Assembly (NCBI GenBank): GCA_964016885.1
Contig: OZ024743.1
Location: forward strand, 174,530,001-174,594,000
DNA from: Eledone cirrhosa
Taxonomy: Eukaryota
Reading direction: 5' to 3'
Length of the DNA stretch: 64,000 nt
Shown here: piece by piece, positions 1-11,494 of the stretch
Position numbering within the stretch: position 1 is the first letter of the stretch
Layout of the letters: every line of letters begins with the position of its first letter
The notes under the pieces: generated by a model
The model's input: the letters and a program-made list of their open reading frames with translations, nothing else
The model's database searches: none
What the model was told of the DNA's origin: nothing
Program-made: the position numbers and the translations under genes

Positions 1-569
1 ACTGTACCTGTTACATAGGATGTAGGTAGTCTTTGATATACTGTACCTGTTATATAGGATGTAGGTAGTCTTTGATATACTGTACCTGTTATATAGGATG
101 TAGGTAGTATTTGATATACTGTACCTGTTATATAGGATGTAGGTAGTCTTTGATATACTGTACCTGTTATATAGGATGTCGGTAGTCTTTGATATACTGT
201 ACATGTTAAATAGGATGTAGGTAGTCTTTGATATACTGTACCTGTTATATAGGATGTAGGTAGTCTTTGATATACTGTACCTGTTATATAGGATGTAGGT
301 AGTCTTTGATATACTGTACCTGTTATATAGGATGTAGGTAGTGTTTGATATAGTGTACCTGTTATATAGGATGTAGGTAGTCTTTGATATACTGTACCTG
401 TTATATATGATGTAGGTAGTCTTTGATATACTGTACCTGTTACATAGGATGTAGGTAGTCTTTGATATACTGTACCTGTTATATAGGATGTATGTAGTCT
501 TTGGTATACTGTACCTGTTACATAGGATGTAGGTAGTCTTTGATATACTGTACCTGTTATATAGGATGT

Positions 570-3500
570 AGGTAGTCTTTGATATACTGTACCTATTATA
601 TAGGATGTAGGTAGTCTTTGATATACTGTACCTGTTACATAGGATGTAGGTAGTCTTTGATATACTGTACCTGTTATATAGGATGTAGGTAGTCTTTGAT
701 ATACTGTACCTGTTACATAGGATGTAGGTAGTCTTTGATATACTGTACCTGTTATATAGGATGTATGTAGTCTTTGGTATACTGTACCTGTTACATAGGA
801 TGTAGGTAGTCTTTGATATACTGTACCTGTTATATAGGATGTAGGTAGTCTTTGATATACTGTAACTATTATATAGGATGTAGGTAGTCTTTGATATACT
901 GTACCTGCTATATAGGATGTAGGTAGTCTTTGATATACTGTACCTGTTATATAGGATGTAGGTAGTCTTTGATATACTGTACCTGTTACATAGGATGTAG
1001 GTAGTCTTTGATATACTGTACCTGTTATATAGGATGTATGTAGTCTTTGGTATTCTGTACCTGTTACATAGGATGTAGGCAGTCTTTGATATACTGTACC
1101 TGTTATATAGGATGTAGGTAGTCTTTGATATACTGTACCTGTTATATAGGATGTAGGTAGTCTTTGATATACTGTACCTGTTATATAGGATGTAGGTAGT
1201 CTTTGATATACTGTACCTGTTATATAGGATGTAGGTAGTCTTTGATATACTGTACATGTTAAATAGGATGTAGGTAGTCTTTGATATACTGTACCTGTTA
1301 TATAGGATGTAGGTAGTCTTTGATATACTGTACCTGTTATATAGGATGTAGGTAGTCTTTGATATACTGTACCTGTTATATAGGATGTAGGTAGTGTTTG
1401 ATATACTGTACCTGTTATATAGGATGTAGGTAGTCTTTGATATACTGTACCTGTTATATATGATGTAGGTAGTCTTTGATATACTGTACCTGTTACATAG
1501 GATGTAGGTAGTCTTTGATATACTGTACCTGTTATATAGGATGTATGTAGTCTTTGGTATACTGTACCTGTTACATAGGATGTAGGTAGTCTTTGATATA
1601 CTGTACCTGTTATATAGGATGTAGGTAGTCGTTGATATACTGTACCTGTTATATAGGATGTAAGTAGTCTTTGATATACTGTACCTGTTATATAGGATGT
1701 ACGTAGTCTTTGATATGCTGTACCTGTTATATGAGATGTAGGAAGTCTTTGATATACTCTACCTGTTATATAGGATGTAGGTAGTCTTTGATATACTGTA
1801 CCTGTTATATAGGATGCAGGAATTTTTTGATATACTGTACCTGTATTATAGGATGTAGGTAGTCTTTGATATACTGTACCTGTTATATAGGATGTAGGTA
1901 GTCTTTGATATACTGTACCTGTTATATAGGATGTAGGTAGTCTTTGATATACTGTACCTGTTACATAGGATGTAGGTAGACTTTGATATACTGTACCTGT
2001 TATATAGGATGTAGGTAGTCTTTGATATACTGTACCTGTTATATAGGATGTAGGTAGTCTTTGATATACTGTACATGTTAAATAGGATGTAGGTAGTCTT
2101 TGATATACTGTACCTGTTATATAGGATGTAGGTAGTCTTTGATATACTGTACCTGTTATATAGGATGTAGGTAGTCTTTGAAATACTGTACCTATTATAT
2201 GAGATGTAGGAAGTCTTTGATATACTGTACCTGTTATATAGGATGTAGGTAGTCTTTGATATACTGTACCTGTCATATAGGATGTAGGTAGTCTTTGATA
2301 TACTGTACATGTTAAATAGGATGTAAGTAGTCGTTGATATACTGTACCTGTTATATAGGATGTAGGTAGTCTTTGATATACTGTACCTGTTATATAGGAT
2401 GTAGGTAGTCTTTGATATACTGTACATGTTAAATAGGATGTAGGTAGTCTTTGATATACTGTACCTGTTATATAGGATGTAGGTAGTCTTTGATATACTG
2501 TACCTGTTATATAGGATGTAGGTAGTCTTTGATATACTGTACCTGTTATATAGGATGTAGGTAGTGTTTGATATACTGTACCTGTTATATAGGATGTAGG
2601 TAGTCTTTGATATACTGTACCTGTTATATATGATGTAGGTAGTCTTTGATATACTGTACCTGTTACATAGGATGTAGGTAGTCTTTGATATACTGTACCT
2701 GTTATATAGGATGTATGTAGTCTTTGGTATACTGTACCTGTTACATAGGATGTAGGTAGTCTTTGATATACTGTACCTGTTATATAGGATGTAGGTAGTT
2801 TTGATATACTGTACCTGTTATATAGGATGTAGGTAGTCTTTGATATACTGTACCTTTTATATAGGATGTAGGTAGTCTTTGATATACTGTACCTGTTATA
2901 TAGGATGTAGGTAGTCTTTGAAATACTGTACCTATTATATGAGATGTAGGAAGTCTTTGATATACTGTACCTGTTATATAGGATGTAGGTAGTCTTTGAT
3001 ATACTGTACCTGTTAAATAGGATGTAGGTAGTCTTTGATATACTGTACCTGTTATATAGGATGTAGGTAGTCTTTGATATACTGTACCTGTTACATAGGA
3101 TGTAGGTAGTCTTTGATATACTGTACCTGTTATATAGGATGTAGGTAGTCTTTGATATACTGTACCTGTTATATAGGATGTAGGTAGTGTTTGATATACT
3201 GTACCTGTTACATAGGATGTATATAGTCTTTGATATACTGTACCTGTTATATAGGATGCAGGTAGTCTTTGATATACTGTACCTGTTATATAGGATGTAG
3301 GTAGTCTTTGATATACTGTACCTGTTATATAGGATGTAGGTAGTCTTTGATATACTGTACCTGTTATATAGGATGTAGGTAGTCTTTGATATACTGTATC
3401 TGTTACATAGGATGTAGGTAGTCTTTGATATACTGTACCTGTTATATATGATGTAGGTAGTCTTTGATATACTGTACCTATTATATAGGATGTAGGTAGT

Positions 3501-6015
3501 CTTTGATATACTGTACCTGTTACATAGGATGTAGGTAGTCTTTGATATACTGTACCTGTTATATAGGATGTAGGTAGTCTTTGATATACTGTACCTGTTA
3601 CATAGGATGTAGGTAGTCTTTGATATACTGTACCTGTTATATAGGATGTATGTAGTCTTTGGTATACTGTACCTGTTACATAGGATGTAGGTAGTCTTTG
3701 ATATACTGTACCTGTTATATAGGATGTAGGTAGTCTTTGATATACTGTAACTATTATATAGGATGTAGGTAGTCTTTGATATACTGTACCTGCTATATAG
3801 GATGTAGGTAGTCTTTGATATACTGTACCTGTTATATAGGATGTAGGTAGTCTTTGATATACTGTACCTGTTACATAGGATGTAGGTAGTCTTTGATATA
3901 CTGTACCTGTTATATAGGATGTATGTAGTCTTTGGTATTCTGTACCTGTTACATAGGATGTAGGCAGTCTTTGATATACTGTACCTGTTATATAGGATGT
4001 AGGTAGTCTTTGATATACTGTACCTGTTATATAGGATGTAGGTAGTCTTTGATATACTGTACCTGTTATATAGGATGTAGGTAGTCTTTGATATACTGTA
4101 CCTGTTATATAGGATGTAGGTAGTCTTTGATATACTGTACATGTTAAATAGGATGTAGGTAGTCTTTGATATACTGTACCTGTTATATAGGATGTAGGTA
4201 GTCTTTGATATACTGTACCTGTTATATAGGATGTAGGTAGTCTTTGATATACTGTACCTGTTATATAGGATGTAGGTAGTGTTTGATATACTGTACCTGT
4301 TATATAGGATGTAGGTAGTCTTTGATATACTGTACCTGTTATATATGATGTAGGTAGTCTTTGATATACTGTACCTGTTACATAGGATGTAGGTAGTCTT
4401 TGATATACTGTACCTGTTATATAGGATGTATGTAGTCTTTGGTATACTGTACCTGTTACATAGGATGTAGGTAGTCTTTGATATACTGTACCTGTTATAT
4501 AGGATGTAGGTAGTCGTTGATATACTGTACCTGTTATATAGGATGTAAGTAGTCTTTGATATACTGTACCTGTTATATAGGATGTACGTAGTCTTTGATA
4601 TGCTGTACCTGTTATATGAGATGTAGGAAGTCTTTGATATACTCTACCTGTTATATAGGATGTAGGTAGTCTTTGATATACTGTACCTGTTATATAGGAT
4701 GTAGGAATTTTTTGATATACTGTACCTGTATTATAGGATGTAGGTAGTCTTTGATATACTGTACCTGTTATATAGGATGTAGGTAGTCTTTGATATACTG
4801 TACCTGTTATATAGGATGTAGGTAGTCTTTGATATACTGTACCTGTTACATAGGATGTAGGTAGACTTTGATATACTGTACCTGTTATATAGGATGTAGG
4901 TAGTCTTTGATATACTGTACCTGTTATATAGGATGTAGGTAGTCTTTGATATACTGTACATGTTAAATAGGATGTAGGTAGTCTTTGATATACTGTACCT
5001 GTTATATAGGATGTAGGTAGTCTTTGATATACTGTACCTGTTATATAGGATGTAGGTAGTCTTTGAAATACTGTACCTATTATATGAGATGTAGGAAGTC
5101 TTTGATATACTGTACCTGTTATATAGGATGTAGGTAGTCTTTGATATACTGTACCTGTCATATAGGATGTAGGTAGTCTTTGATATACTGTACATGTTAA
5201 ATAGGATGTAAGTAGTCGTTGATATACTGTACCTGTTATATAGGATGTAGGTAGTCTTTGATATACTGTACCTGTTATATAGGATGTAGGTAGTCTTTGA
5301 TATACTGTACATGTTAAATAGGATGTAGGTAGTCTTTGATATACTGTACCTGTTATATAGGATGTAGGTAGTCTTTGATATACTGTACCTGTTATATAGG
5401 ATGTAGGTAGTCTTTGATATACTGTACCTGTTATATAGGATGTAGGTAGTGTTTGATATACTGTACCTGTTATATAGGATGTAGGTAGTCTTTGATATAC
5501 TGTACCTGTTATATATGATGTAGGTAGTCTTTGATATACTGTACCTGTTACATAGGATGTAGGTAGTCTTTGATATACTGTACCTGTTATATAGGATGTA
5601 TGTAGTCTTTGGTATACTGTACCTGTTACATAGGATGTAGGTAGTCTTTGATATACTGTACCTGTTATATAGGATGTAGGTAGTTTTGATATACTGTACC
5701 TGTTATATAGGATGTAGGTAGTCTTTGATATACTGTACCTTTTATATAGGATGTAGGTAGTCTTTGATATACTGTACCTGTTATATAGGATGTAGGTAGT
5801 CTTTGAAATACTGTACCTATTATATGAGATGTAGGAAGTCTTTGATATACTGTACCTGTTATATAGGATGTAGGTAGTCTTTGATATACTGTACCTGTTA
5901 AATAGGATGTAGGTAGTCTTTGATATACTGTACCTGTTATATAGGATGTAGGTAGTCTTTGATATACTGTACCTGTTACATAGGATGTAGGTAGTCTTTG
6001 ATATACTGTACCTGT
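570..6015. repeat. Higher-order tandem duplication, period 2885 bp (74 monomers)
   Basis: Rare variants recur at +2885: GGTATTCTG ~1050/3935, CTGTATTATAGG ~1841/4726, GTAGACTTT ~1976/4861. The identical ORFs 1846..2427 and 4731..5312 show the same offset. Confidence 0.92.
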
Positions 6016-7022
6016 TACATAGGATGTAGGTAGTCTTTGATATACTGTACCTGTTATATAGGATGTAGGTAGTCTTTGATATACTGTACCTGTTATATAG
6101 GATGTAGGTAGTGTTTGATATACTGTACCTGTTACATAGGATGTATATAGTCTTTGATATACTGTACCTGTTATATAGGATGTAGGTAGTCTTTGATATA
6201 CTGTACCTGTTATATAGGATGTAGGTAGTCTTTGATATACTGTACCTGTTATATAGGATGTAGGTAGTCTTTGATATACTGTACCTGTTATATAGGATGT
6301 AGGTAGTCTTTGATATACTGTATCTGTTACATAGGATGTAGGTAGTCTTTGATATACTGTACCTGTTATATATGATGTAGGTAGTCTTTGATATACTGTA
6401 CCTGTTATATAGTATGTAGGTAGTCTTTGATATACTGTACCTGTTATATAGGATGTAGGTAGTCTTTGATATACTGTACCTGTTATATAGGATGTAGGTA
6501 GTCTTTGATATACTGTACCTGTTATATAGGATGTAGGTAGTCTTTGATATACTGTACCTGTTATATAGGATGTAGGTAGTCTTTGATATACTGTACCTGT
6601 TATATAGGATGTACGTAGTCTTTGATATACTGTACCTGTTATATGAGATGTAGGAAGTCTTTGATATACTCTACCTGTTATATAGGATGTAGGTAGTCTT
6701 TGATATACTGTACCTGTTATATAGGATGTAGGTAGTCTTTGATATACTGTACCTGTTATATAGGATGTAGGTAGTCTTTGATATACTGTACCTGTTATAT
6801 AGGATGTAGGTAGTCTTTGATATACTGTACCTGTTATATAGGATGTAGGTAGTCTTTGATATACTGTACCTGTTATATAGGATGTAGGTAGTCTTTGATA
6901 TACTGTACCTGTTATATAGGATGTAGGTAGTCTTTGATATACTGTACCTGTTATATAGGATGTACGTAGTCTTTGATATACTCTACCTGTTATATGAGAT
7001 GTAGGAAGTCTTTGATATACTC

Positions 7023-8698
7023 TACCTGTTATATAGGATGTAGGTAGTCTTTGATATACTCTACCTGTTATATAGGATGTAGGTAGTCTTTGATATACTG
7101 TACCTGTTATATAGGATGTAGGTAGTCTTTGATATACTGTACCTGTTATATAGGATGTAGGTAGTCTTTGATATACTGTACCTGTTATATAGGATGTAGG
7201 TAGTCTTTGATATACTGTACCTGTTATATAGGATGTAGGTAGTCTTTGAAATACTGTACTTATTATATGAGATGTAGGAAGTCTTTGATATACTGTACCT
7301 GTTATATAGAATGTATGTAGTCTTTGGTATACCGTACCTGTTACATAGGATGTAGGTAGTCTTTGATATACTGTACCTGTTATATAGGATGTAGGTAGTC
7401 TTTGATATACTGTACCTGTTATATAGGATGTAGGTAGTCTTTGATATACTGTACCTATTATATAGGATGTAGGTAGTCTTTGATATACTGTACCTGTTAT
7501 ATAGGATGTAGGTAGTCTTTGATATACTGTACCTGTTATATAGGATGTAGGTAGTCTTTGATATACTGTACCTGTTATATAGGATGTAGGTAGTCTTTGA
7601 TATACTGTACCTGTTACATAGGATGTAGGTAGTCTTTGATATACTGTACCTGTTATATAGGATGTAGGTAGTCTTTGATATACTGTACCTGTTATATAGG
7701 ATGTAGGTAGTCTTTGATATACTGTACCTGTTATATAGGATGTAGGTAGTCTTTGATATACTGTACCTGTTATATAGGATGTAGGTAGTCTTTGATATAC
7801 TGTACCTATTATATGAGATGTAGGAAGTCTTTGATATACTGTACCTGTTATATAGGATGTAGGTAGTCTTTGATATACTCTACCTGTTATATAGGATGTA
7901 GGTAGTCTTTGATATACTGTACCTGTTATATAGGATGTAGGTAGTCTTTGATATACTGTACCTGTTATATAGGATGTAGGTAGTCTTTGATATACTGTAC
8001 CTGTTATATAGGATGTAGGTAGTCTTTGATATACTGTACCTGTTATATAGGATGTAGGTAGTCTTTGAAATACTGTACTTATTATATGAGATGTAGGAAG
8101 TCTTTGATATACTGTACCTGTTATATAGAATGTATGTAGTCTTTGGTATACCGTACCTGTTACATAGGATGTAGGTAGTCTTTGATATACTGTACCTGTT
8201 ATATAGGATGTAGGTAGTCTTTGATATACTGTACCTGTTATATAGGATGTAGGTAGTCTTTGATATACTGTACCTATTATATAGGATGTAGGTAGTCTTT
8301 GATATACTGTACCTGTTATATAGGATGTAGGTAGTCTTTGATATACTGTACCTGTTATATAGGATGTAGGTAGTCTTTGATATACTGTACCTGTTATATA
8401 GGATGTAGGTAGTCTTTGATATACTGTACCTGTTACATAGGATGTAGGTAGTCTTTGATATACTGTACCTGTTATATAGGATGTAGGTAGTCTTTGATAT
8501 ACTGTACCTGTTATATAGGATGTAGGTAGTCTTTGATATACTGTACCTGTTATATAGGATGTAGGTAGTCTTTGATATACTGTACCTGTTATATAGGATG
8601 TAGGTAGTCTTTGATATACTGTACCTATTATATGAGATGTAGGAAGTCTTTGATATACTGTACCTGTTATATAGGATGTAGGTAGTCTTTGATATACT
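7023..8698. repeat. Higher-order tandem duplication, period 819 bp (21 monomers)
   Basis: Private variants TACTTATT (~7257/8076), ATAGAATGTATG (~7306/8125) and GGTATACCGTACC (~7326/8145) each occur twice, 819 bp apart. Confidence 0.92.
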
Positions 8699-11494
8699 GT
8701 ACCTGTTATACAGGATGTAGGTAGTCTTTGATATACTGTACCTGTTAAATAGGATGTAGGTAGTCTTTGATATACTGTACCTGTTATATAGGATGTAGGT
8801 AGTCTTTGATATACTGTACCTGTTATATAGGATGTAGGTAGTCTTTGATATACTGTACCTGTTATATAGGATGTAGGTAGTCTTTGATATACTGTACCTG
8901 TTATATATGATGTAGGTAGTCTTTGATATACTGTACCTGTTATATAGGATGTATGTAGTCTTTGATATACTGTACCTGTTATATAGGATGTAGGTAGTCT
9001 TTGATATACTGTACCTGTTATATAGGATGTAGGTAGTGTTTGATATACTGTACCTGTTATATAGGATGTAGGTAGTCTTTGATATACTGTAACTATTATA
9101 TAGGATGTAGGTAGTCTTTGATATACTGTACCTGCTATATAGGATGTAGGTAGTCTTTGATATACTGTACCTGTTATATAGGATGTAGGTAGTCTTTGAT
9201 ATACTGTACCTGTTACATAGGATGTAGGTAGTCTTTGATATACTGTACCTGTTATATAGGATGTATGTAGTCTTTGGTATACTGTACCTGTTACATAGGA
9301 TGTAGGCAGTCTTTGATATACTGTACCTGTTATATAGGATGTAGGTAGTCTTTGATATACTGTACCTGTTATATAGGATGTAGGTAGTCTTTGATATACT
9401 GTACCTGTTATATAGGATGTAGGTAGTCTTTGATATACTGTACCTGTTATATAGGATGTAGGTAGTCTTTGATATACTGTACATGTTAAATAGGATGTAG
9501 GTAGTCTTTGATATACTGTACCTGTTATATAGGATGTAGGTAGTCTTTGATATACTGTACCTGTTATATAGGATGTAGGTAGTCTTTGATATACTGTACC
9601 TGTTATATAGGATGTAGGTAGTGTTTGATATACTGTACCTGTTATATAGGATGTAGGTAGTCTTTGATATACTGTACCTGTTATATATGATGTAGGTAGT
9701 CTTTGATATACTGTACCTGTTACATAGGATGTAGGTAGTCTTTGATATACTGTACCTGTTATATAGGATGTATGTAGTCTTTGGTATACTGTACCTGTTA
9801 CATAGGATGTAGGTAGTCTTTGATATACTGTACCTGTTATATAGGATGTAGGTAGTCTTTGATATACTGTACCTGTTATATAGGATGTAAGTAGTCTTTG
9901 ATATACTGTACCTGTTATATAGGATGTACGTAGTCTTTGATATGCTGTACCTGTTATATGAGATGTAGGAAGTCTTTGATATACTCTACCTGTTATATAG
10001 GATGTAGGTAGTCTTTGATATACTGTACCTGTTATATAGGATGTAGGAATTTTTTGATATACTGTACCTGTTATATAGGATGTAGGTAGTCTTTGATATA
10101 CTGTACCTGTTATATAGGATGTAGGTAGTCTTTGATATACTGTACCTGTTATATAGGATGTAGGTAGTCTTTGATATACTGTACCTGTTATATAGGATGT
10201 AGGTAGTCTTTGAAATACTGTACCTATTATATGAGATGTAGGAAGTCTTTGATATACTGTACCTGTTATATAGGATGTAGGTAGTCTTTGATATACTGTA
10301 CCTGTCATATAGGATGTAGGTAGTCTTTGATATACTGTACATGTTAAATAGGATGTAAGTAGTCGTTGATATACTGTAGCTGTTATATAGGATGTAGGTA
10401 GTCTTTGATATACTGTACCTGTTATATAGGATGTAGGTAGTCTTTGATATACTGTACCTGTTATATAGGATGTAGGTAGTCTTTGATATACTGTACCTGT
10501 TATATAGGATGTAGGTAGTCTTTGATATACTGTACCTGTTATATAGGATGTAGGTAGTCTTTGAAATACTGTACCTATTATATGAGATGTAGGAAGTCTT
10601 TGATATACTGTACCTGTTATATAGGATGTAGGTAGTCTTTGATATACTGTACCTGTTATATAGGATGTAGGTAGTCTTTGATATACTGTACATGTTAAAT
10701 AGGATGTAGGTAGTCCTTGATATACTGTACCTGTTATATAGGATGTAGGTAGTCTTTGATATACTGTACCTGTTATATAGGATGTAGGTAGTCTTTGATA
10801 TACTGTACCTGTTGTATAGGATCTAGGTAGTGTTTGATATACTGTACCTGTTATATAGGATGTAGGTAGTCTTTGATATACTGTACCTGTTATATATGAT
10901 GTAGGTAGTCTTTGATATACTGTACCTGTTACATAGGATGTAGGTAGTCTTTGATATACTGTACCTGTTATATAGGATGTATGTAGTCTTTGGTATACTG
11001 TACCTGTTACATAGGATGTAGGTAGTCTTTGATATACTGTACCTGTTATATAGGATGTAGGTAGTTTTGATATACTGTACCTGTTATATAGGATGTAGGT
11101 AGTCTTTGATATACTGTACCTTTTATATAGGATGTAGGTAGTCTTTGATATACTGTACCTGTTATATAGGATGTAGGTAGTCTTTGAAATACTGTACCTA
11201 TTATATGAGATGTAGGAAGTCTTTGATATACTGTACCTGTTATATAGGATGTAGGTAGTCTTTGATATACTGTACCTGTTAAATAGGATGTAGGTAGTCT
11301 TTGATATACTGTACCTGTTATATAGGATGTAGGTAGTCTTTGATATACTGTACCTGTTACATAGGATGTAGGTAGTCTTTGATATACTGTACCTGTTATA
11401 TAGGATGTAGGTAGTCTTTGATATACTGTACCTGTTATATAGGATGTAGGTAGTGTTTGATATACTGTACCTGTTACATAGGATGTATATAGTC

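Noticed and set aside
11-19. TATATA as a TATA box or promoter
   Set aside because: It is present in every monomer of an AT-rich repeat and has no downstream gene.
2795-2805. The 1-bp deletion as a sequencing error near a T run
   Set aside because: All 12 cases lie in the same variant context and none occur in the other ~1630 monomers, which random error would not produce.
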